Shown one piece after another: positions 1 to 7,600 of a stretch of 25,042 bases of DNA. Both the position numbers and the translations under genes were made by a program. Position 1 is the stretch's first letter. Every line of letters begins with the position of its first letter. The DNA is from a virus. Taxonomy: Duplodnaviria > Caudoviricetes. The notes under the pieces are model-generated. The model worked only from the letters and a program-made list of their open reading frames with translations, had not been told where the DNA came from and searched no databases. The stretch spans positions 1 through 25,042 of IMG/VR virus record IMGVR_UViG_3300034062_002297. One strand, 5' to 3'.

Positions 1-1
1 C

Positions 2-151
2 AAAGTTTGCTCGAATGAATGCCGCAGGAAAGCACCTAACATCACAGACTTGGATTACATCACTGGAGACTATAAATGCTCGGATGGTGGCAAAGTGGTA
101 AACGCTCATTGGGACGAATGGGATAATAAAACGGGGAGGTTTGCAAAATGA
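2..151 (+). CDS. 3' end of a hypothetical phage protein (truncated by window edge)
   Basis: Open frame from position 2 (KVCSNECRRK...TGRFAK*) ends in TGA at 149-151, overlapping the next ATG at 148 (ATGA coupling). Contains a CSxxCR motif. Confidence 0.6.
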   Translation, partial: KVCSNECRRKAPNITDLDYITGDYKCSDGGKVVNAHWDEWDNKTGRFAK

Positions 152-390
152 GCATGAGTGAACATACCGATGGCGTTAGCACATCAATGATATATACCTA
201 TGAAAGCAATGCATTTCAGCATATTAAAAATCACAAACACACGGGCGTTTGGTACATGAGGATTTGTGGAGGTCATTCTGGTTATAAAAACATTCGTCTT
301 AATTTCTATGATGGAGATAAACCCCATTGGTTCCATCGCTTAATAACTCGGCTGCTTCTTGGCTGGAAGTGGGAGGATAGGCATGAGTGA
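148..390 (+). CDS. hypothetical protein (80 aa)
   Basis: GGGGAGG SD upstream of ATG 148; coupled to the upstream stop; overlaps the next start. Confidence 0.7.
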   Translation: MSMSEHTDGVSTSMIYTYESNAFQHIKNHKHTGVWYMRICGGHSGYKNIRLNFYDGDKPHWFHRLITRLLLGWKWEDRHE

Positions 391-598
391 CTACTTAAGG
401 GCGTTAAAAGCCCTTGGCTGGCTCAACCTCAACACCGACTTTAGAGCGAACAATGTCAGCGGTGACTATCCGCAAAGTTATAAGCAACATGTTGGCGGGA
501 TGTTTGGGTTGTCAAAGTTCTCCAGTAAAGAAAGCCTCGACATCATCACTGGCAACGAGCTAGTAGCGGTGGCACTGAGGGAGGGTTGGAAGGAATGA
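383..598 (+). CDS. hypothetical protein (71 aa, MSDYLRALK...)
   Basis: ATG at 383 preceded by GGAGG; stop TGA 596-598 overlaps the ATG of the mom-like gene. Confidence 0.7.
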   Translation: MSDYLRALKALGWLNLNTDFRANNVSGDYPQSYKQHVGGMFGLSKFSSKESLDIITGNELVAVALREGWKE

Positions 599-1158
599 GT
601 TTATATTTTAGCGGTGATGGTGTACCAGTTGCACAACCATTGTTCCAAATGGATGGAGACGGTGCAATTCCGATCTCACCGCTCCAGTTTAAATTCATTT
701 CAATTGACGTTCCAACTGCAATAGAACTTAATAGATTTTGGCATAGCAAATTACCAAACGTAGTTCCGTCAAACATTTACCGAACTTATGGATTCTGTTA
801 TGCAGCGGAATTTGACAACAGGTTTTACGCTTGTGCCATTTGGTCAATGCCGGTTGCAAGGATGATCAAAGGAAACGTTTACGAACTTCGTCGTTTGGCA
901 ATTTCGGAGTTGTCCCCTAAAAATACAGCAAGCAGGTTTATATCATGGATGGTAAAAGACATTAAAAAACGATTTCCAGAACTGGATCGTTTGATTTCTT
1001 ACCAAGATACGGAAGTTCACTCGGGAACGATTTACAAAGCGTCTGGTTGGGAGATATCAGGCAATAGCGTAGGCGGGGAATGGACAAGAACCTCAAGGAA
1101 AAGAAATCCATCACAAGCAACCGCTCCAAAAGTGCGTTGGGAGAAGCAACTAAGATGA
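595..1158 (+). CDS. Mom-like GNAT-fold DNA adenine modification enzyme
   Basis: Motifs typical of Mom homologues: WHSKLP, ELRRLAI, PKNTASRFIS, LISYQDTEVHSGTIYKASGW, C-terminal KVRW. ATG 595 is coupled to the upstream TGA. Neighbours a DNA methyltransferase. Confidence 0.85.
   Translation: MSLYFSGDGVPVAQPLFQMDGDGAIPISPLQFKFISIDVPTAIELNRFWHSKLPNVVPSNIYRTYGFCYAAEFDNRFYACAIWSMPVARMIKGNVYELRRLAISELSPKNTASRFISWMVKDIKKRFPELDRLISYQDTEVHSGTIYKASGWEISGNSVGGEWTRTSRKRNPSQATAPKVRWEKQLR
611..686 (+). tRNA. atypical tRNA-Gly(UCC)-like element nested in the mom-like CDS
   Basis: 76 nt. Perfect 7-bp acceptor stem GCGGTGA/TCACCGC, U73, encoded CCA (684-686). D stem GTGT/GCAC. Anticodon stem CCATT/AATGG with loop GTTCCA containing TCC. 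T arm GACGG-TGCAATT-CCG(A)TC. Confidence 0.75.
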
Positions 1159-1292
1159 ATGAGGAAGAAGCATGGAACACAGCCAATGCTTTGACCGTTG
1201 GGTTTGGCGCATTATCGGTTGAATGTTTCTTTTTCTTGATAGTTTGTTTGTTGATCCTTGGGGAATACAGAGACTGGAGAAATAGAAAGTGA
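1155..1292 (+). CDS. small membrane protein (45 aa)
   Basis: ATGA overlap with the mom-like stop and GTGA overlap with the MTase start; one long hydrophobic segment followed by a basic tail. Confidence 0.65.
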   Translation: MNEEEAWNTANALTVGFGALSVECFFFLIVCLLILGEYRDWRNRK

Positions 1293-2062
1293 CTCACATG
1301 AGTCTATTCTCCGGAATCGGTGGTATAGACATTGCAGCGGAATGGGCCGGGTTTAATACTATTTGCATGGTCGAAAAGGACGAATTCTGCCAACGGGTAT
1401 TGAGAAAGAACTTTCCGGACGTGCCAATCTTCGGAGACATAAAAGAATTTGATGGAACACCCTATCGCGAACAAGTTACTTTACTCTCGGCTGGTTGGCC
1501 TTGTCAGCCTTTTAGTCAATCGGGCCAAAAGAAAGCCTCTGACGACGAGCGAAATTTGTGGCCCGACACCGTTAGGGTGTTGGAGCAAGTTAAACCAGCA
1601 TGGTTCTTGGGAGAGAACGTGTCTGGACTCTTTGCCGCTGAATCTGGATTCTTCTTCAGACGACTCCTTGATGACTTGGCCGCGTTGGGGTATAGCGTTG
1701 GATGGGCGAATTATGGAGCTTATCATATTGGAGCCACACATAAGCGTAAAAGACTCTTCATTCTTGCCCACGCCGCTCGCGAGCCAAGACTACAAACCGG
1801 TGAGGCGTTTGGCCCCGAGCGAAAAAGTAAAAGCCCACGGGAAGATGCTAGTCGCCGTCATTGGCAACCAATTAGAGGAGGTGACTGGAAACAATGGGAA
1901 GTCAACCCAACGGTTGTATCTCAACCCCGAGTTCGTAGAAACGTTAATGGGATTTCCGATCGGGTGGACAGAATAACCTCTTTAGGAAACGCGGTGGTTC
2001 CGCAACAGGTTTACCCATTGATTATGGCAATAAGGAACGCAATAGAAAATGATAGTAAATAA
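1289..2062 (+). CDS. DNA (cytosine-5)-methyltransferase, alpha (catalytic) chain
   Basis: Motif I SLFSGIGG, motif IV GWPCQPFS, motif VI ENV, motif VIII HKRKRLFI, motif X LGNAVVPQ. Short (257 aa) with no evident motif IX in this frame. Confidence 0.93.
   Translation: MTHMSLFSGIGGIDIAAEWAGFNTICMVEKDEFCQRVLRKNFPDVPIFGDIKEFDGTPYREQVTLLSAGWPCQPFSQSGQKKASDDERNLWPDTVRVLEQVKPAWFLGENVSGLFAAESGFFFRRLLDDLAALGYSVGWANYGAYHIGATHKRKRLFILAHAAREPRLQTGEAFGPERKSKSPREDASRRHWQPIRGGDWKQWEVNPTVVSQPRVRRNVNGISDRVDRITSLGNAVVPQQVYPLIMAIRNAIENDSK
1452..1976 (+). CDS. nested alternative-frame beta chain of the C5 methyltransferase (TRD-like region plus motif IX); start uncertain
   Basis: Stop-free +1 frame inside the MTase gene containing TWPRWG, LPTPLASQD and C-terminal LNPEFVETLMGFPIGWT (motif IX-like). 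Confidence 0.75.
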   Translation: MEHPIANKLLYSRLVGLVSLLVNRAKRKPLTTSEICGPTPLGCWSKLNQHGSWERTCLDSLPLNLDSSSDDSLMTWPRWGIALDGRIMELIILEPHISVKDSSFLPTPLASQDYKPVRRLAPSEKVKAHGKMLVAVIGNQLEEVTGNNGKSTQRLYLNPEFVETLMGFPIGWTE

Positions 2063-2333
2063 CGTAGAAGAATTGTTTAATTTGCTGGACGAAAGCGAAG
2101 TCGTCATCAAGTTCGATGGGCTGGATGCAGCCATTGTAGGAGTAGGAGAAGTCCACGGTCAAGGCCTAAGGCTTGTCTACTCGGCCGAGAGCATCATTCG
2201 TATCTTCATGGAAGAGGGAATGACCGAGGAAGACGCGGTCGAACACTTTGAATTCAACGTTGCTGGACTTTATGCCGGAGAACAAACGCCGTTGATCCTA
2301 AGGATGGAACTAGGAAAGGTAAATAGCGTATAA
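2049..2333 (+). CDS. conserved-looking acidic phage hypothetical protein (94 aa)
   Basis: Overlaps the MTase stop. Pattern DGLDAAIVG...VYS...GMTEEDAVEHFEFNVAGLYAGEQTP resembles a widespread small phage protein family. Confidence 0.8.
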   Translation: MIVNNVEELFNLLDESEVVIKFDGLDAAIVGVGEVHGQGLRLVYSAESIIRIFMEEGMTEEDAVEHFEFNVAGLYAGEQTPLILRMELGKVNSV

Positions 2334-2371
2334 TTGAATTGAGCTAGAAATGGTTCAGTTTGGTTGAAGAT

Positions 2372-2408
2372 GGCTCCCCGTGTCAGGTCAGCGGGGGGTT
2401 ATTTTTTT
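2372..2408 (+). terminator. rho-independent terminator of the modification operon
   Basis: Stem GGCTCCCCG/CGGGGGGTT (with G:U pairs) followed by ATTTTTTT, 40 nt after the last stop. Confidence 0.75.
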
Positions 2409-2427
2409 GATTGTTTGGATTGTGCTT

Positions 2428-2474
2428 GGATAGCAGGATGCATCCGGCGGGTTCGATTCCCGCCCTATCCTCCA
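2428..2474 (+). ncRNA. tRNA-like minihelix (acceptor stem + T arm + UCCA, no D or anticodon arm)
   Basis: GGATAG/CTATCC acceptor helix, GGCGGG-TTCGATT-CCCGCC T arm, T-CCA 3' end; the linker is the palindrome GGATGCATCC. Confidence 0.6.
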
Positions 2475-2478
2475 AGAG

Positions 2479-2484
2479 TATAAT
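2479..2484 (+). promoter_or_regulatory. candidate -10 box for a leaderless gp88-like transcript
   Basis: Perfect TATAAT 6 nt upstream of ATG 2491; no SD; no clear -35. Confidence 0.45.
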
Positions 2485-2490
2485 TTGGGA

Positions 2491-3222
2491 ATGAAGCTTC
2501 AACCTTCAAAGTTCTACTTACTTGGGGTCGGCAATGACCCTAAAACCTCTGTTGACCTGAAAAACGGATACATGGTCGGGATTCTGTACCTTGCTCCTGC
2601 TGATCTATCCGGCAAAGAGGTTTGCACTCACCGCTCGGCAGGCTGCACCGAGGCTTGCTACAATTCAGCCGGAAGAGGGGCGATGCAATCCGTACAGGAC
2701 GCACGGATCCGAAAGACCAATATGTTCCACGATGAGAAGGAGAAGTTCATGGAACTCCTTGACCACGATATCCAACTGCTCTGCAAGAAGGCGAAAGAAG
2801 GCGGTTATCTTCCTGCCGTTCGGCTGAACGGGACAAGCGATATCCCTTGGGAAGCCCATGCGAAGCACCTGATGGAGAAATACTCCGAGGTAGCTTTCTA
2901 CGACTACACCAAGATCCCCGTCCGGGCAAAGCGTTGGGCGCAGGGCAAATTGCCGTCGAATTATCACCTGACGTTTAGCCGAAGCGAGGAAAATTGGGGA
3001 ACTTGTTTGCGATTATTGAACGTGGGAGTCAACGTGGCCGCCGTGTTTCAAGATGCTATTCCAGAGTCTTACTATGGGTACGAGTGCGTAGTCGGGGATA
3101 AATCGGATCTTCGGTTCCTAGACAAACCTTCTGCCTCTCGCAAAGGGAAAATCATTGCACTCTTGTCCAGAGGAAAGGGCAAGAAAGACGAATCCGGTTT
3201 CGTCATCCAAGACCACAAATAA
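2491..3222 (+). CDS. GP88-family phage protein (Cys-cluster, radical-SAM-like)
   Basis: LYLAPA...VCxxxSxGCxxACY Cys triad, RLNGTSDIPWE, FYDYTK, YHLTFSRSE, GDKSDLRFLD, terminal SGFV. ATG 2491 preferred over TTG 2485. Confidence 0.8.
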   Translation: MKLQPSKFYLLGVGNDPKTSVDLKNGYMVGILYLAPADLSGKEVCTHRSAGCTEACYNSAGRGAMQSVQDARIRKTNMFHDEKEKFMELLDHDIQLLCKKAKEGGYLPAVRLNGTSDIPWEAHAKHLMEKYSEVAFYDYTKIPVRAKRWAQGKLPSNYHLTFSRSEENWGTCLRLLNVGVNVAAVFQDAIPESYYGYECVVGDKSDLRFLDKPSASRKGKIIALLSRGKGKKDESGFVIQDHK

Positions 3223-3247
3223 AAAAACCCCGTCATTTCTGACGGGG
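3221..3247 (-). terminator. rho-independent terminator of the late operon (possibly bidirectional)
   Basis: Minus strand reads CCCCGTCA-GAAA-TGACGGGG-TTTTTTT, at the convergence of the two operons. Confidence 0.9.
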
Positions 3248-3293
3248 AAGGAGAGGATCTTGAGAGAACACGGTGGAACGAATCCAACCGTTC

Positions 3294-3476
3294 TTATTCT
3301 ACCACAGTTTCAATATCCGGAGCGGTAGGATTTTCCAGCTTTTTTGCTAGTTGATCCACTTGCAGAAGAACGTTGATAAGTTCTTGCCGTTGACCGAATG
3401 TACCGTTGATAGGTGCGATATTGACGATGCTGACGAGCAATTGAGCTTCTTGAGGTGTTAGGTTGATGGTAATCAT
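3294..3476 (-). CDS. small protein after the tail fibre (possible fibre chaperone)
   Basis: 60 aa; AGGA SD; last gene before the terminator; amphipathic helices. Confidence 0.65.
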   Translation of the reverse strand: MITINLTPQEAQLLVSIVNIAPINGTFGQRQELINVLLQVDQLAKKLENPTAPDIETVVE

Positions 3477-3494
3477 CGTTTCCTAGTTTACTCC

Positions 3495-4628
3495 TTACGG
3501 CCACGTTGCAATCGCTACTCTTTTCCATGTATCTGTTGCGGTGCAAACATAAATGTAGTTAGCATCCCATCGAATTGCTCCAGCAGATCCAGTAGCCGTA
3601 GCAGAAGCTGGCGGGTTAGATAGAGAAATTCGCAACTGAGGAGCATTTACAAGGTTATAGAATGTTGCATTGCCACCACTTCTAGAAATACTTAATGCTG
3701 TAAAGTTATAAGCACCAGCATCGGTATGGGCATCCAATGCCCAGTCAGCTCCAACGTTACCTCCGCTCTCTGCTCCAGCAGTAGCTTGCATAGTCCATCT
3801 GGTAGAACCTGAACTTCTATACAGAATAGGTTTCGATGAGCCTGCTGGTCTATTAACTTGGAAGTATGGAGCTACTACATCGTTAGTAAATGTAGCAGTC
3901 GTTGCAGTTAATATAAACTGAAGAGTAGGAGCAGCAGTACCGTTTGCAGTTACGTTAAATAGTAACTGAGTACCGTTTGCCGTAGAAGTCCAAGTTTGAG
4001 CCGCTTGAGCTTGAATACTAGCTTTACCGTTAACTAAACTGCTACTATTATGCCCGCCAAAGTCTAACTGACCTAATAAATCTCCTGACTGTACTGCGGT
4101 TCTACTAGCGTAAGTTCCTCTACTTGTTCTAAATGCTAAGACGTGACCTTGAGCATTTCCTGTAGATTCGTAGAGAGTATATGGAAAGGCTGAAGATTCT
4201 TCTGCTATAAATTGCGCGACGAGGTTACTACCACCATAGCCAGCGGGAATAGTTGAAATAGTTCCTGACGATTGAAAAACTCCACCAGCTACCGTTGCGG
4301 ACGGTGACTTGAAGATGTTCTGAGCCGTGAACGTGTTTGACGCACCGGAACTAACGGGTATCCAAGTATAAGGGGTAAGAGTTACCGGCCCGGGGTATTG
4401 GGCTTCAACAAGAATAGCATTTTGCATTAACCCAAAAGCGGTATCCCCCGGATCTACTTGGCAAATAAACCCGTCAGAGTTTTCTTCCGATACGGTGATA
4501 ATGCCCGTAGTGTTGTTGACGATACGAAACGCAACGGTAGCGGAATCGAACACCATCCGTTGGACTGATGTTTGAGCGTTGAACGTAACCGGAGTTCCGG
4601 CGGTTAGATTATTGATGTTTAATGGCAT
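3495..4628 (-). CDS. tail fibre / receptor-binding protein
   Basis: Rich in T/G/S/A with beta character; SRGT...VQSGDLLGQLDFGG module; C-terminal WDANYIYVCTATDTWKRVAIATW typical of phage fibres; distal position in the tail module. Confidence 0.8.
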   Translation of the reverse strand: MPLNINNLTAGTPVTFNAQTSVQRMVFDSATVAFRIVNNTTGIITVSEENSDGFICQVDPGDTAFGLMQNAILVEAQYPGPVTLTPYTWIPVSSGASNTFTAQNIFKSPSATVAGGVFQSSGTISTIPAGYGGSNLVAQFIAEESSAFPYTLYESTGNAQGHVLAFRTSRGTYASRTAVQSGDLLGQLDFGGHNSSSLVNGKASIQAQAAQTWTSTANGTQLLFNVTANGTAAPTLQFILTATTATFTNDVVAPYFQVNRPAGSSKPILYRSSGSTRWTMQATAGAESGGNVGADWALDAHTDAGAYNFTALSISRSGGNATFYNLVNAPQLRISLSNPPASATATGSAGAIRWDANYIYVCTATDTWKRVAIATWP

Positions 4629-4637
4629 TTTTTGATC

Positions 4638-7600
4638 CTAAAGTGGTTGCCATGTTTGGCCATAGTCAACCGAGAAGAACGTGGTCGGGGTCGTGTCACC
4701 GTAAAGAATCGGTGACCAGACAAGACGATCCTGCATATCGTTGGCGGGAGTCACGTTGCACATTCCTCCGTCAGCGATATAAATGTTGTTTCCTCCACTA
4801 TCCTTGAACGTGAAGGTACTGCTCCAAGCTGTATCACCCGGATGCCGATATTGACCTTTAGCAATAGGTGGATTGACCGAATCGTCCATCCAGCATTGTA
4901 TCAGACCAAAACTATCTCCCCAAATAAAAGGCATTTTCCCCGCACCCAAGCTCGTTAACGTTGTCCAAGTAGCACCCTCGTCGTCCGAATAGGTAGAAAA
5001 GATCCCGAGCCTGTATTTTTCCACCAATGCATAAAGTCTCCAAGTGCGAATGTCTCGCCCGAAGGAAACTGCTTTTGCGTTTGCTATTGCAGATATAGAC
5101 GTATTGGTAGACCATATTTGATTTACCCCCGGCGTAACATTCGGTTGTGGAACGCTAAATTCTGATCCGTACCAACGACAACTGTTTCCTACGGTAGGGT
5201 CGGCACTAATCCAAGAAACGCCTAGTTGCGGATCAAACCGATAGATACCGTTCCATACGTTTCGACCCGGTAGCTTTTCTGCAAGGTTGCAAAACCAACC
5301 GTGCCACGGCCTCACCAAAGCATAGGTGACGGGTGGTGACGTGCTATCGCTGACCACCTTCCAGTTCAGCTCGTCATTGTAGAGAGTAGGGTTGAACTTC
5401 CAGATGCTCCAGCCGGGTTCCGGTGGAGAAAGGAATGAACCGGAATCTACCCCTGTCGAGGTCTGCAACTTGGCGGGTTCGGTGGTTTCCGAGATGATGT
5501 ACCGCCCGTCTTGGCAATGGTCGTAGACGACTTGGGCATAACTGCCCGTTGCAAGCCAAGTGGTAGTTGCTCGTTTCCTCCAAGGGAAGCAAGCCATAGG
5601 AGGCACTTCCGAGAACGAATTGACCAACGCAAACCGAAGGTCATGCCCGTTTCCTTTTGGCAGAATAAAACTGTTGGAGAACTTGTCCACCACCGCAATG
5701 CTTTGCCCTTCGTAGGAATCGTAAAGGCTAGAAAGGTCGGTGGTAATGGTTGAAGCAAGGCTTGAACCACCCGTCCCCTGAACAACCCGGTAATAGTACG
5801 CCAAAGCGTCAATGACCGTGTTCGGCAAGTCCATTCCTGCTGTTATCGGAGGATCCATGAACCCTAGTGACGGGCTATACCAAAGCAAGTTGCCCCACCG
5901 AATTGCACAAGTATTGTGCCAAAGCATGGTCAGATACTTGCTGTTCTCCCAATAGAGCATGGGGTGTGTATGCTCCAAAGAGAACTGAGGCCAATTAATG
6001 GTCACCGGGTTAGCGGGATTGATAGGGGTGACAACGAACCGAAGACGGGCGTATTGTTGCTGGGCTGCAAGCTGAAAGCCTACCGTCAATTCTGGATTCG
6101 CCATCACCGTGCTGGAGATTCCAGCCGGGTTGGTATCTAACCCAAGGTCGAACACCAGACCAGCACCGTTGTCAATCGCCCAAGACCCGGCATATTTCTT
6201 CTGCCACCCGGCAGGAAGGTCATAGGTGTTCGGTGTTGATCCAATAGGGGTCGAAACATTATCTGCTCCGACTAGCACAATCTTGATAGACTTGACGTTG
6301 GTAAGTGACCAGTTGAGCGTCATGCTATGCGCTCTAAGCAAAAGGAGATACGGATTCTCCGTCCAATCGGCAAACTGCAAGTCCACCAGTCCACTTGTTT
6401 TGGTAAACGTACTGACCGTTATCCCTCCGGCTCCAAGTGAAATAGAGCAGTCGGTTGCCGTCCATTTACCCGGACGAGTAGTTGAAAGGGTCAGCGTAGA
6501 CGGAGGAGATGCCACCCACGTCTTCCAACGGCTGACTCCTATCCAGCGGAACTTACCAAAAAATGCGTCCTGAAACGGTTGGTTACCGTTGTCAATATAG
6601 AGAGGAGACGCAATCATGCTGTTCCTCGTTCTTGGTGGTGACGTTAGGGCCGCATTGTACAGATACTGTTCTTTGATTGTTGACCAGTACAAGTCATTGT
6701 CAGTTGCAGCTCCGTCAACGTCCCAATCCTGACGATGATACGCCAATGCCCAATGAGGGTTAACCCAAGACCCGGTGTACCGCATCAACATATCGGCATG
6801 GCCTTGATAGGTCGAAAGCGTTCCTACATAGGACGGGAACTGATTGGTGATAGACTCCGATTGATTGGTTGAAGGGCTAGTGATAGGAATTAAAGTACAA
6901 GTTACAACTCCTATCGTTCCAGAAGGACAAGTAACTCCTTCTGGAAAAGCACAAGTGCAAACCGTTGTTCCCGCTTGGAAATCCCAAACTTTACTATACG
7001 CTTTGTTCTTGCTAACGGTTGATTGCGTATAAATAGTTGCAGGGAAGCAATCCTCAATGGCATTGGTAGCGTTCCGAACCAAACCAAGGTAATCGGTTCC
7101 GAGGTCGTTGTAGACGGTATACGCCCCACCCGTGGTAACGGTAGTTGCTCCAATCGTGCAGGTTCGGGATGCGGTTCCCCTGACTTCTGGAAAATGAAAC
7201 CTACGCCATAAGGCAGCGTAGTCGGAATTGATTCGGTAGATTGCCCGTTCTAGATTGGGAATTGCCCGTGCGGATCCTCCGTGGCCTTCTGTCCATGATT
7301 CAGTATAGTAAGCGTCAACGTAACCGTCAACTAGCGGCCCTGTTGGGTTACATGGGTCTATACATTTTAATCGTTGAGTTTGGTCGTATATGGTTGTGCA
7401 ATTTCCATCTACGTCACAACACTCAACCGTTACTTGGTGGTATTGCGCTCTTCGATTATCATAAGTTCTTTGAGTTTTAGTGTAGGAATAGCAATGAATC
7501 TCAATGGAGTTGGTATCGGTAACGGTGACTTCGTTGCTGAACGAAAGGTTGTACGGGCAAGATCCACCGCCACTAGGAATGCTATGACTCCAGACCGCAC

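Noticed and set aside
611-686. Calling this a normal translational tRNA-Gly
   Set aside because: The 6-nt anticodon loop, bulged T stem, GTGC T loop and GG-less D loop make ribosomal use unlikely; reported as atypical instead.
3262-3295. Small imperfect hairpin (ACGG-T-TGGA/TCCA-CCGT on the minus strand) before the late terminator
   Set aside because: Short and bulged; most simply an ordinary 3' UTR structure.
3495-4628. Diversity-generating retroelement or invertible fibre cassette
   Set aside because: No reverse transcriptase, recombinase or duplicated template/variable repeat seen in the window.
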